This document shows positions 23,637 to 36,530 of a stretch of DNA of 64,000 nt, piece by piece. The stretch covers positions 150,538,001 through 150,602,000 of the forward strand of contig CM059431.1 of assembly GCA_030390025.1 (NCBI GenBank). The letters are read 5' to 3'. The position numbers and the translations under genes are program-made. Under the pieces are notes generated by a model that was not told where the DNA came from, made no database searches, and saw only the letters and a list, made by a program, of their open reading frames with translations. Positions within the stretch are counted from its first letter, which is position 1. Each line of letters begins with the position of its first letter. This DNA comes from Squalus acanthias. Lineage: Eukaryota.

Positions 23637-25449
23637 AGCTTCCTGTCCTAACTAGAGCTCAATTGCAGCCCGTGCTCCGCTTTAGAATGACCCTCTTTCT
23701 GCTCCCATGACAATGGATTGTTCGGTTTAAATAAACAGGTACCAGGAAACATTTTCTCCACTTTGTGCCGTGCGTTTGATGTTTGCTGCTTTCCCCGCGT
23801 GAACATAATCGATTTCTCCTAAAACAGCGCCCTTCGCGCTCATGATTCAAAGGGAACAGTCATGATTGAGCTTCAGTAGTGGAGTGGAATATGTGGACGT
23901 CAGCGTTAACTACCTCACCCGGCAGGTACTGGAATGACCCGCGCAGTTGAATTAACAGATAAAGCTTTATCTAGTGTAGAAACAATGAAGGGTTTCACAA
24001 TCCTGGTTATTTTAATTCTTCTGTAATCTTGCGGGCGCTGATCTCTCCATCAGACTCCGATCCCATTGTCTCCTGGACCAATAGAATGAGGCCCTGTCTC
24101 CTGATCTGTGTCTAATGATGGAGACAGTAGGAACCTGACTCGTCAATGAGACAATAGAAATCTTTGTTCACAGATACTAACATAAAATCTCAACTGGTCA
24201 TCAATATGTTGGAATGTTATAACTGGGGAATTGACCATTCGACCCAACCAGTCGTTGCCGCCGTTCACCCTCCACCTGAGCAAAAGGTTCGAATCACGTT
24301 CCCGACTCTGCCTCGACATATCTTCAATCTATTTTTATTCCTGGATCTTCCCAAATTATTCTTGAATATTGGTATAATTTCTGCCTATGTGAATTCCACA
24401 GCCGGACGACACTCCATGCATGGAGATATTTCACTTACCCTCAGTTCTAATTCCCTTACATTTATTATTTAAACTGTGGCCGTTACTTTTTGATCCCTCA
24501 ATTAATGGGAGTAGTTTGCTTGTGTCGATGCTATCCCGAAACATAGGGACCAGGCAGGGAGCGAAACTAATCATAAGACCCCGATCATTTGCTAGATGTC
24601 CAGAAGTGTCAGGGATGGTACTTTATGAGATGTTTCTTGCTGTAAGTTCTTGGGATATCACTTTGTGTGCAGAAGTGCCTTGTTGCATGTGAAGCATCCA
24701 GCATGCGATATGCATCATGAATATGCCCTGAAGAACGGGTGCAGGACAGGGTCGGTCACGCTGAAAACATGGCAACAGGAAACGATTAATGTAACTCTGG
24801 AGAGTGAGGATATCGGTAAAAGCAATGGGTAGAGATCTGGGTCGAAGAATCGACCGAGATAGATGTATGATGCTGGTGAGATATAGTTTAATATTGGCCG
24901 TTAATACTCTTACACCCAAAAAGGGTCACTGTAAGGAAAGCATTCATCAGACTGTCCTGACGTCTGCTAATGTTGTACTCTATTGGTTACTCTTCATATA
25001 GTACTAATTCTAACCATTAGTATTTACCTATTCAACGAGGAAGTAAACGTCAGCTTAAAGTTCCACTAGGTTGTTGGGACAGGATTGACTCTGTAAGTAT
25101 GTTAAGGTTCAGTGTGATGTAATAATGAGACTTGATTAAAGTCTGATTCATAAATTTCAGATACCTTTAATCATTTGGTAACAGAGTGGTAAGGTATCAG
25201 TCCAGCCATGGGAAGTATCTGGGCAAACATCAACATTTTGAATTGACATCGACGATACAGAAACAAAGATGTATTTATAATTCAAGACCTCAAGTGGACT
25301 GATATTCAATGCACGTCATGCTTCAGTTATGTAGAGATTTTGTCAGACCCCATCTGGAGTGCTTCATTCGGTATTGGGCAGCGCACGGATATATTGGTCT
25401 TGAAGCAGGTGCAGAGTAAACAATCTACATAAATATTAAAATCTAACAG

Positions 25450-25619
25450 AGGCACGGTCTCCGCGTGGTTCGGAAGGTGAAGGGACTTGGATAAATAAAT
25501 GGGTTAAGATAGTCAGGTGTATAAAGCATCAATGCTTTCACAAGCAGAAACGGATTGAGAATGTTAACCCGCGCTTTTCGGCTCATTAGACCGACGCCTT
25601 ACCGTTTGGCCACCGCACC
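25450..25619 (-). pseudogene. tRNA-Thr(CGT)-type pseudogene split by a ~100-bp insertion
   Basis: Minus strand GGTGCGGTGGCCAAACGGTAAGGCGTCGGTCT...GCGGGTT (25619-25566) matches vertebrate tRNA-Thr(CGT). The 3' end CGAACC...CCGTGCCT resumes at 25472-25450. Confidence 0.65.
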
Positions 25620-25754
25620 AACTACTTGCAAACCTGGCGAACCCGGTTGTTCCACTGCAGTTGTCAGACACAAGATGTCAAACATGTTTCAAGTTTAATA
25701 TCGGAATGGACCTTCCAATATTCGGAGATGGAGTTCCGACCAGTATTGGGTACT

Positions 25755-26615
25755 TACCTAGCTTTCCCTTAAATACATCTATGCTATTTGAATTAATCTA
25801 CGCCATGTGCTAGCGAGTTCCACATTCTATCCACTCTCAGGTTAAAAGGTTAATCCTGAATTCCGATTTGATTTATTAACGACTTTCTTTTATTTATAAC
25901 GCCTAGTATTGGTCTCCCATAAAAGTGGAAACACCTTCTCTACGTCTAACTTATAAAATCCTGCCATAATGTTAAAGAATTCTACCAGGTCGCCCCTCAG
26001 CCTTCCGTTTTCTAGAGCAAAGAGCCCCAGCCTGCTCAATCCTTTCTGATAGGTACGTTCTCCCAGCATCATTGTAAATCGTTTTTATGCCATCTTCAGT
26101 GCCACTGTATCATGTTGAAAATATGTAGACCAGAACTGTGCACAGTACTAAAAGTGGGCTCCAATCAAGGTTCTATACAAATTTAACAACATTTCTGATT
26201 GGTTTGGTGGAAACCTTATTACTCCTACCAAAATACAACACCACACAGTGACTTATATTGAAATTCATTTGTCATTTGCTCTTCCATTTTACAGTCTAAC
26301 TGTATGTTGTCGCAGCCTTCCTCAGTATTAACTATATCTCCCAATTTGGTGACAAATGCAAATTTTGATATTGTATTTCAGATTCTCGAGTCCAGTAAAA
26401 TTGGTTAAATGGTGGAGAACCGTGGTCCCAGCAGCGACCCTTGTGAAAAACCACTTTCCACCTTCCACCAGTCGAAGTGTCTAACTTTAACCCCCACTCT
26501 CTAGTTATCGTTTTGTATCCAGATTGCTTTTTTTTCTGCTACTTGCCCCCTGACTCCATGCTCCGACCTCAGTTAGGAGTCGACTATGTGGTACCTTATC
26601 AAAGGCCTTATGAAA
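25755..26615 (-). mobile_element. Degenerate CR1 RT fragment
   Basis: LGLFALENGRLRGDL motif in ORF 25890-26072, and upstream RT remnants. Confidence 0.7.
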
Positions 26616-26732
26616 GTTCAATGGATTGGAAATGTCAATGGACTGGGATATATAAATGGATTGGAAAAGTGAATGGATTGGGATTTGTCAATAATTGGGG
26701 AAATCAATGGACTAGGATATATAAATGGATTC

Positions 26733-27185
26733 GTAGAATCATAGAATCATAGAATGGTTACAGCACAGAAGGAGGTCATTCGGCCCGTCGAGACCGTGCC
26801 GCATTTCTGCAAGAGCACTTCAGCAAGTGCTATTCCCCCGCCCTTTCCCCGTAGCCCTGCAATTCTTTTTTATCCTTCAGGTACTTATCCAATTCCATTT
26901 TTAAAGCCACGATTAAGTCTGCCTCCACCATTCTTTCAGGCATTGCATTCAAGAACCTATCCACTAGCTGCGTAAAAAAGTTTTCCCTCATGTCGCCTTT
27001 GGTTCTTTTGCCTATCACCTTAAATCTGTGTCCTCTGGTTCTCGTCTCTTCCACCAACGGGAACAGTTTCTCTCTATCTTCACTGTCTAGACTCCTCATT
27101 ATTTTGAACACCTCTATCAAATCTCCCCTCAACCTTCCCTGCTCCAAGGAGAACAACTCCAGCTTCTCTCGTCTATCCAGGTAAA
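26733..27185 (-). mobile_element. CR1 3' fragment with tail
   Basis: LFSLEQGRLRGDLIEVFKIM...QGYGERAG and an (ATTCTATG)n tail. Confidence 0.88.
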
Positions 27186-27624
27186 TAAAGTGAAAGTTCA
27201 TTAAAATTCGGAAAGTTAATGGACTGGGATAAATAAATGGATGAGGATAGTCAGGTGTATAAAGCATCAATGCTTTCACAAACTGCAACCACCTGGGAAT
27301 GTTAACAGATCGAGATGTAATAGTGTGGAATAATGTCAACGATTGGGAATGCCAATGCTTTACGAATTATCGATAGTTTGATAAACCAACCGCTGCCTTT
27401 ATGTCTGACTGTACCTTTGCCTATGTCAGTTTGTCTGTCACTGCTTCTGGCGTGTCACTTTGCACCTTCCGCCCGTCTGAGAGTCGGCTCAGTGGGTCAG
27501 AGCCAGAGCTTCAGATTCGAAACGTCGTGGGTTCATTTGTCAATGATCAGCCCGATTGTCGTCCGTTTCTCATGAGCTCTCTCGGCTCTGGGTCAATAAG
27601 TCATGGTTTCATATTCCTGTTCCG

Positions 27625-27952
27625 TGAGACCTGAGCCCGAAATCAAGGTCGTCACTCCCAGTACTGAGGGAGTGCTACATTGTCGGAGGTGCAGTCTTCT
27701 TTAGAGGTGGATGTTGCTCCTTCAGGTGGACATAAAAATCGCATTGCACGATTTCGAAGAAAAGCAGTGAAGTGCTTCCCGGTGTCCTGGGCAATAGCTA
27801 CCCCTCAATATCAATAAACAAGGAAAACAGGATTTACAGTTTGCTATTTGTGCAACTGTGCTGTGCGCAAATTGGCTGCCGCGTTTCCTTCATTGGTTTT
27901 AAAGCGCTTTGGGAGGTCAGGCGGTCACCAAAGGCGCTATATAAATGCAAGT
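27625..27952 (+). mobile_element. Deu-domain SINE remnant (SacSINE1/AmnSINE-like) with an L2-type tail
   Basis: Core CAGTACTGAGGGAGTGCTACATTGTCGGAGGTGC and tail AAAGCGCTTTGGGA...GGCGCTATATAAATGCAAG. Confidence 0.7.
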
Positions 27953-28356
27953 ATTCTGCCGTCCACTATCAGTCTCAGTCTCTTTGTCTGATTTAAGGTC
28001 CAAGTTGCTTTGTCCCTTTTATATGTGGTACTGATGCATTAGGTGTGACTGTAGACTTGGTACTAATAGACAGGGGGGACTCCAAGCGAGATTGACTATC
28101 TCTCTGTCTCTAATACCAGCAGATTTGAGAATATCAAAGAAGTTAAGAGATGGGAAAATAATTATGCCTCGCTCCTGTTTCAAACCACAAAATGAAGGAA
28201 ATGCTACCGCCGGGAAACCTAGTCCAGCAGATTTGTTAAATATCCAAAGTTTACACGGGGAGTTAAAGATTTTACCTGTGATGGTGAGAGACAAGGACAC
28301 AGGGGATTAAGTGGCTCGGGGAAAATCATGTCATTAAAGATTGGAGTCATAAAACC

Positions 28357-28429
28357 GCTACAGATATAGGTTTGAACCAGCGATCATCGAGTTTACAAAA
28401 CGGATGCCCTACAACTTGGCGACCAGGCC
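28357..28429 (-). pseudogene. Degenerate tRNA-Thr-like pseudogene (TGT at the anticodon position)
   Basis: Minus strand GGCCTGGTCGCCAAGTTGTAGGGCATCCGTTTTGTAAACTCGATGATCGCTGGTTCAAACC aligns to the tRNA-Thr scaffold, with TTTT just downstream. Confidence 0.55.
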
Positions 28430-29179
28430 ACATGTCAGGACTGGTTACAACAACTTGTGGATAAAAAGAACAAAAATACAACTCATTTTAAACTTTTTAG
28501 CCTTCATAAGGATGTTTCGAAATCCAAGATTTGCCAGTACAACCAAGATGGTTAAAGAAGCAGAATCATCTCAAATGTCCTAAAATTCCAATTCAAATCA
28601 TTAGCGTTCTAAAAATTCAAACTGCCAATTTTAATAGGTGAAAGTCTCACGTCCGGAATTAGAAACCTTCCCATAATTTAAAATAATAAGCAGAATTTCA
28701 ATGTGGCCAAAATGAATGTCGGGTTTTCACAATTTAATAGGTTAATTCACCTCAATGGCTCCACTGTAATTCAGACCAATAATTTATTAACTGACAACAA
28801 TACAGAACAGATAAAATAATCAAAAAAGCGCATGCTTACAAAATCTAAGAAAATTACGTCATCTGTTTTCTTTTGTTCTTCAGGCGCCTTTCCAAATAAC
28901 TGTAACATAATTGAAGAAAATGGTGGCTTTCACAGTTAAAGAAAACCTTTAACATTTTTACACAAAAGGGAAAGAGGGCGGAACCACATCCAGCAGCACC
29001 GAAACATTGACACAGGCTTTATAAAGAGACAGTACACTGAAATCTTGCAGCCTTTCGCAGTAGAAAAGGGACAGAATCTTTCCCTTTCTCCTTCTATATT
29101 CCATCATAGACTACTTTATCCTTTTTCTCTCGAACCAATTTTTAATTTCTGATGTTTGCTAATTAACCGCATTTCGAAT

Positions 29180-29765
29180 AACAGTCAATTATAACCAAGA
29201 CGAACTGGTTACCTTTCTGAGTCCTGTGAAACGGACCAATGTCAACAATCTGCAACTTGCTCTCTGTCTACCCCATCAGTTCCCCTTAATACCTTGAAAG
29301 CTTCGATCAAATCACCCCTTACCGTCTAAATTCCAGGGAATATCACCGTCGTTTATTTAATCTCTGCTCGTATTTTAACCCATAGATTCTGGCAAATCTA
29401 CGCTGCACTCCATCCAAGGCCAAGATATCCTTCCTAAGATATGGTCTAACCAGGGATTAGTACAGCTGTAGAATAAATTCTACCCTCTTGTATTCTAGTC
29501 CTCCAGATATTAAGGCCAAGATTCCATTAGCCTGTTTGATTATTTCTGTATCTATCCATGAAATTTTAATGATCTCTGTACATAGACCCCCAAGTCTCTT
29601 TGGACTGCCACTGTTTCTAGCTTTTCTCCATTTAGAAAGTACTCTGTTCTATCCTTTTATGTTCAAAGTGAATTAACTCACGTTTGCCTGCATTGAAATT
29701 CATTTGCCACAGTTTTTGACCATTTACTTAATCTATTAATATCTCTTTGTAATTTTATGCTTCCG
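29180..29765 (-). mobile_element. Degenerate CR1 RT fragment
   Basis: Nucleotide similarity to the other CR1 RT 3' regions in the window. Confidence 0.6.
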
Positions 29766-30202
29766 TTGATTTAAAATAAAAGTTAACTGAGGAAATCACC
29801 TAAAAATTAATCTCACTGTGATGAGTACAAAGCACACCCTGGCACTTGTGTGGGATCAATGTTACTTGCCACTTATAAATCCAGGCCTGAATGTCTGTGA
29901 TGTCTGCAATAGATTGTGGTGTACGTGGCGAGCACAATGTCTCCTCCACTGTTACGTCAGAGCACCCCATACTTTTGTATCTGTTCTACTCCCAGTATAA
30001 AATACAAAATGTATACAGCACATACTTACAGATGTTCTTCATCCTGTACCCTGCAGCGTAGTTGTTACCGTAAGATGCAGACGGCGGTAGAAGTTTACCT
30101 CCTGTCCCAGAGCTCGCTCGCAATTGTGTTCTTGATGCATGAGGTTTCTTCTATCCGATGTCTATGAGCCCCCAGTGTTCAAAAAAAAAGCTGGAAGTTG
30201 AG

Positions 30203-30890
30203 GCCCTGGTGGCTCGCCAATAATCTTGGTAAAACACACATATTGTCTTTTTACATGAGTCGTAATGAATTTAGTCGTTGCTTCAGGTTCAACACCTTTA
30301 TTTTTTCAGTCAGCATGCAAAGCACGTTACCAGCAGAGTAGATTAAACAGATACGAATACAGAAATGTAGACATGCATTTTTCTAAACACAAAATGTCTC
30401 TTTTCACATGATTTTTGTACCCCTAGTAAAATTGAATCTGTTTCTTCTCCCTTGATTGGATTCCTTGTGTCACCTGACTTAACATGCCTCTCCCTTCAGT
30501 AACTTTCCATTGCCACCAGACTGATCCAAGGCCTCGGTTATCCTGCACGTAGCATTCCCTTATCTCGTCTGTCCTCATTCTTTCATCTGTCTGCTTTCTG
30601 TGTGAAAAGCAGTTGCATTTTAACAACTTATTTTCTTTCAAACGTTTACAACCAAAAGGCTTTCTTCTGGCAGGCTTCCAGGATCCAGGTACAATGCTTT
30701 ATTTCAATTAATTACGCACACACACACTCTCTTGCAATAATGTTTCATATTCTCTATGCTAAACTAGTTTAATTTCCCACCTATTTTTCTGCTAAACTAT
30801 TTTTTATCGTCTCAGTTACCTGATGCTTTTAGTTTGTCTGCTCAGCTAACTGTTAGTTTCCCATCAAGCTCTCTGCCTCTCCCTTCTCCA
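30203..30890 (-). mobile_element. Putative ERV/LTR-retroelement 5' LTR with a tRNA-Arg primer-binding site
   Basis: Minus strand TGGCGAGCCACCAGG (30219-30205) is complementary to the 3' end of tRNA-Arg(ACG), ...CCTGGCTGGCTCGCCA, with one gap. AATAAA lies about 80 nt upstream. The outer boundary is uncertain. Confidence 0.45.
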
Positions 30891-31403
30891 TGTTTCAAGA
30901 GGGAGTGCAGCGAAGGTTCACCAGACCGATTCCTGGGATGGCAGGACTGTCGTATGAGGCGAGGTTGGGTCGACTAGGCCTGTATTCACAAGAGTTTAGA
31001 AGAATGAGAGGGAATCTGATTGAAACGTATAAAATTCTGACAGGGCTAGAGAGACTGGATGCAGGGAGGATGTTTCCCCTGGCTAGGGGGTCTAGAACGA
31101 GGGGTCACAGTCTCAGGATACGGGGCAGGACATTTAGGAATGAGATGAGGAGAAATTTCTTCACTCAGAGTGTGGTGAACCTGTGGAATTCACTACCACA
31201 GAAGACTGTGGAGGCCAAGTCACTGAATTTATTTACGAAGGAGATAGATAGATTTCTAGAAGCAAAAGGCATCAAGGGGTATGGGGAGAGAGCAGGAATA
31301 TGGTATTGAGTTAGAGGATCAGCCATGATCATATTGAATGGCGGAGCAGCTCGATGGGCAGAATGGCCTAATCCTGCTCCTATTTTTCTATGTTTCTATG
31401 TTT
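30890..31403 (+). mobile_element. CR1 3' fragment with tail
   Basis: ORF 30890-31309 is the RT C-terminus, followed by a (TTTCTATG)n tail. Confidence 0.9.
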
Positions 31404-31986
31404 CGGTGTCCCGTGTACCAACACAACTTTCCTACTCTTCTTGCAATATTACAATTGGGCTCGATACAACTTTTCCTCTGAGTGTCAGTATGGAATATGT
31501 GTTCGGTCTCTGGGGCGGGCTTCAACCCGAGACATTATGACTCAGAGGGGATAGAGTTCCACCACAGGACTCACCTGAAAGACCCAACATGTTCGTTTCC
31601 CTTTGATCTGCACATCCAACCTGAGCCCGCACTCATTCTAGCAGTCCCGCGACAAGCCAAATATCTCCCTCTTCTGCACATTGTATATTGCCTCTTAGAA
31701 CCCAAATGATGGAATCATAAAATGACACAGCACAGAAGGGTCCATGCGGCACATCATGCCTGAACTGGCTCTTTGAAAGAGCTATCCAAGTAGTCCAAAT
31801 CTCCTGTTCTTTCTCCAAAGCCCTATTTTACCCCTTCAAGTATTTATCCAATTCCCTTTCGAAAGTTACTATTAACTTTGTTCAAAAGAAATGTATTGGC
31901 CGCACTGTGGAGATGGCAGGCACCTGCGAGCGTGTGAATATTGGGATTTTGCAGGTTTTTGTATTTAGATGTTATTGTACATAATA

Positions 31987-34900
31987 AGAACATAAGAACA
32001 TAAGAAATAGGAGCAGGAGTAGGCCAATCGGCCCCTCGAGCCTGCTCCGCCATTCAATAAGATCATGGCTGATCTGATCCTAACCGCCAATCTACTATCT
32101 ATCACAGAACCATCTCCTGCATCTAACAGAATTGCACACACGAAATAGGAGCAGAATCAGGCTACACGGTCCCTGGGCCCGCTCCACTACCCACAGGGCC
32201 ATGACCGATCCGAACCTAGAGTCATGTCCAAATTCCTGCCCGCTCCCCGTAACCCTTAATGCCCTTTACTTCTAGGAAACTGTCTATTTCTGTTTTAAAT
32301 TTATTTAATGATGTAGCTTCTACAGCTTTTTGTGGCAGCATATTCCATGGACCTACCACCCTCTGAGTGAAGTAGTTCCTCCTCATCTCAGTTTTGAAAG
32401 AGCAGCCCCTTATTCTAGGACTATGTCCCCTAGTTCTAGTCTCACCCGTCATCGGGAACATCCTCCCCGCATCCACCCGATCCAACCCCTTCACAACCTT
32501 ATATGTTTCAATAAGATCGCCTCTCATTCTTCTGAACTCCAATGAGTAGAGTCCCAATCTACCCAACCTCTCCTCATATGACCACCCCCTCATCCCCGGG
32601 ATTAACCGAGTGAACCTTTTTTGCACTGCCTCGAGAGCAAGGATGTCTTTCCTTAAGTAAGGACACCAAAACTGTATGCAGTATTCCAGGTGCGGTCTCA
32701 CCAATACCTTGTACAACTGAAGCAATACCTCCCTATTTTTATATTCTATCCCCCTAGCAATGAAAGCCAACATTCCATTTGCCTTCTTAATCACTTGCTG
32801 CACCTGCATACTAACCTTTTGAGTTTCGTGCACCAGGACCCCCAGATCCCTTTGCACTTCAGTACTCTCCAGTTTCTTGCCATTAAGATAATAAATTGCT
32901 CTAGGATTTTTCCTGCCAAAGTGCATCACCTCACACTTTCCAGTGTTGTATTCCATCTGCCAAATCTCTGCCCACTTACTTAGCCTGTCTATGTCCCCTT
33001 GCAGGTTTTTTATGTCCTCCTCACTCACTACTTTCCCTCCCATCTTTGTATCATCTGCAATTTTGATATGTTACACTTGGTCCCTTCCTCCAAATCATTA
33101 ATATAGATTGTAAAGAGTTGGGGACCCAGCACTGACCCCTGTGGAACACCACTAGTTACTGATTGCCAGTCTGAGAATGAACCATTTATCCCAACTCTTT
33201 GCTTTCTGTTAGATAGCCAATCCTCTATCCATGCCAGAATATTACCCCCAATCCCGTGATTTTTTACCTTAAGCAATAATCTTTTGTGTGGCACCTTGTC
33301 AAATGCCTTTTGGAAGTCTAAATACACTACGTCCACTGGTTCCCCTTTATCCACTCTATATGTTACTTCCTCAAAGAACTCCAGCAAATTTGTCAAACAT
33401 GACTTCCCCTTCGTAAAACCATGCTGACTTTGTCCTATTAAATTATGATTATCCAAATGTCCTGTTACTGTTTCCTTAATAATGGACTCCAAAATTTTAC
33501 CTACCACAGATGTTAGGCTAACAGGTCTATAGTTATCAGCCTTCTGTCTACTGCCCTTTTTAAATAAGGGTGTTACATTAGCAGTTTTCCAGTCTGCCGG
33601 GACCTTAGCGGAATCCAGGGAGTTTTGAAAAATTATTACCAATGCATCTACAATCCCTACCGCCACTTCCTTCAAGACTCTAGGATGTAAGCCATCAGGT
33701 CCAGGTGATTTATCCGCCTTGAGTCCCATTATTTTACCGAGTACCACTTCCTTAGTGATTTTGATCGTGTTTAGCTCCTCTCCCCCTATAGCCCCCTGTT
33801 TGTCCAGTGTTGCGATATTCTTAGTGTCCTCTACTGTAAAGACTGATACAAAATATTCATTCAGTGTTTTTGCCATCTCCATATTTCCCACCATTAATTT
33901 CCCGGTCTCATCCTCTAAGGGACCAACATTTACTTTAGCCACCCTTTTTCTTTTTATATAACTATAAAAACTCTTACTATCTGTTTTTATATTTTTTGCT
34001 AATTTACTTTCATAATCTATCTTCCCTTTCTTAATCAATCTTTTTGTTATTTTTTGCTGCCTTTTAAAGTTTGCCCAATCCTCTGTCCTCCCACTAGATT
34101 TCGCTACCTTATATGCCCTTGTTTTTAGTCGAATACTATCCTTAATTTCTTTACTTAGCCACGGATGACTGTCCTTTCTTTTACACCCTTTTCTTTTCAG
34201 TGGAATATATATTTTTTGGAAGTTGTAAAATAACTCCTTGAATGTACACCACTGATCATGTGTCGTCTTACCCTTTAATCTATTTTCCCAATCCACTCTA
34301 CTAAATTCCGCTCGCATACCTTCATAGTCTCCTTTATTCAAGCTTAGCACGCTTGTTTGAGATCCAACCTTCTCACACTCTAATTGAATATGGAATTCAA
34401 CCATGTTATGGTCACTCATTCCAAGGGGATCCTTTACTAGGACATTTTTAATTAATCCTGTCTTGTTACACAGGACCAGATCTAAGGTTGCTTGCCCCCT
34501 GGTCGGTTCAGTTACATACTGCTCAAGAAACCCATCCCTAATACACTCAATGAACTCATCCTCAAGGCAGCCCTGCCCCATTTCATTTGTCCAATTAATA
34601 TGATAGTTAAAATCCCCCATAATTATAGATGTTCCCTTATTACATGCCTCAACTATTTCCTGATTGATACTCCGTCCAACAGAGTTGCAACTGTTCGGAG
34701 GCCTATAGACTACGCCCACTAGTGTTTTTTCCCCTTATTATTCCTTATCTCCACCCAAACTGTTTCATTATCATGATTTTTTGACCCAATATCATTACTC
34801 TGTATTACAGTGATTCCTTCCTTTATTAACATAGCCACCCCACCTCCCCTTCCTTCCTGCCTGTCCTTCCTGATCGTTAAATAACCTGGTATGTTTAATT

Positions 34901-36530
34901 CCCAGGCATTGTCACACTGCAGCCATGTTTCTGTAATGGCCACAATATCATAACCGTATGTAGTTATTTGTGCCATTAACTCATCTATTTTGTTGCGAAT
35001 GCTACGTGCATTCAGATAGAGAACTTTCAAATATGCTTTGTGGCACTTAGTTCCTGCTTTTTCACTTTTTACCACTTTACCTTTTACTCCACACACTCTG
35101 TCCCTTCCTGCCACGCTCTGATTTGTGATTCCCCTACTGCTACCTATGTCTATGACCCTCTCTGTTGTCATTTTTATTTTTTGCTCTCTTGAAACCTCCC
35201 CCCCACTAATTAGTTTAAAGCCCTCTCCACAGCCCTAGTTATTCGATTCGCCAGGACACTAGTCCCAGCACTGGCCAAGTGAAGTCCGTCCCAACGGAAC
35301 AGCTCTCTCCTGCCCCAGTACTGGTGCCAGTGTCACAAGAAGCAAAACCCATTTTTCCCACACCAGTCTTTGAGCCACGCATTCAACTCCCTGATTTTAT
35401 TTCCCCTAGCCAAATTTGCTCGTGGCTCAGGTAGTAATCCAGAGATTATTACCCTCGAGGTTCTGCTTTTTAATTTGGCCCCTAGCTGCTCAAACTCCCT
35501 CAGCAGAACCTCTTTCCTTGTCCTATCTATGTCATTGGTACCAACATGGACCACGACAACTGGATCCTCCCCCTCCCACTCCAAGTTTCTCTCTAGCCCA
35601 GAGGAGATGTCCTTAACCCTGGCACTGGGCAGGCAACACAGCCTTCGGGACTCTCGCTCTTGGCTGCAAAGAACCCTATCTATCCCCCTAATGATACTAT
35701 CCCCTACCACTACAACATTTCTTTTTACTCCCCCCACTTGAATGGCCCCCCTTACCACGGTGCTGTGGCCAGGTTGCTCATCCTCCCTGCAGTCCCCGCT
35801 CCTATCCACACAGGGAGTAAGAGCCTCGAACCTGTTGGACAAGAGCAAGGGCTGCGGCTCCTCCAACACTACCTCCTGGATCCCTGTACCTGCCTCACTC
35901 GTAGTCACACCTTCCTGTCCCTGACCACGGGCTACTTCTGAATTAGTTACTCTAATTGGCGTGACTACCTCCTGAAACAAGGAGTCCAGGTAACTCTCCC
36001 CCTCCCTGATGTGTCGCAGTGTTTGAAGCTCGGACTCCAGCTCATCAACACGGAGCCGGAGTTCCTCGAGCAGCCAACACTTACTGCAAATGTGTGCACC
36101 GTGAACATCAATGGTGTCCACCAGCTCCCACATATTGCAGCAGTATTATATCACCTGCTCTCCCATTCTATGTAATTAATTAAAAATTTATTATTTACCC
36201 TTCAGTTAATTTATGCCAGCAGTCTCCGCTACACCACAGATACCCGAGAAACTATAAACTATGGAATTGAAGTTTTGTATAAAAAAAAGAGAAATACCCA
36301 CCAACCAATCACTTACCTGCTTTCTGGTGACGTCACACTTCGATTATTTTTTACCTCTCTCCTGCTCTCGGCTTGGTGAAAGCCTACCTGGTCGCTGCCG
36401 CCTTTTACCGCCGCCGCCTCGCCGCTGTTGCTCCACCCAGGTCCGCCGCCTCTGTGGGCCTACCTGGTCGCTGCCGCCTTTTACCGCCGCCGCCTCGCCG
36501 CTGTTGCTCCACCCAGGTCCGCCGCCTCTG
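31987..36530 (-). mobile_element. Near full-length young CR1 LINE: GC-rich 5'UTR, ORF1 (Zn finger and SGNH esterase), ORF2 (APE-RT) and tail
   Basis: ORF1 35333-36133 has GDS, G and HVGTND blocks and a premature TGA. ORF2 is split by frameshifts into 34719-35171, 33028-34719 and 32222-33043. (TTCTTATG)n tail at 31987. Confidence 0.95.

Noticed and set aside
33028..34719. 563-aa RT-containing ORF as an active or domesticated gene
   Set aside because: It is flanked by frameshifts on both sides within an ordinary CR1 ORF2, and ORF1 of the same element has premature stops.
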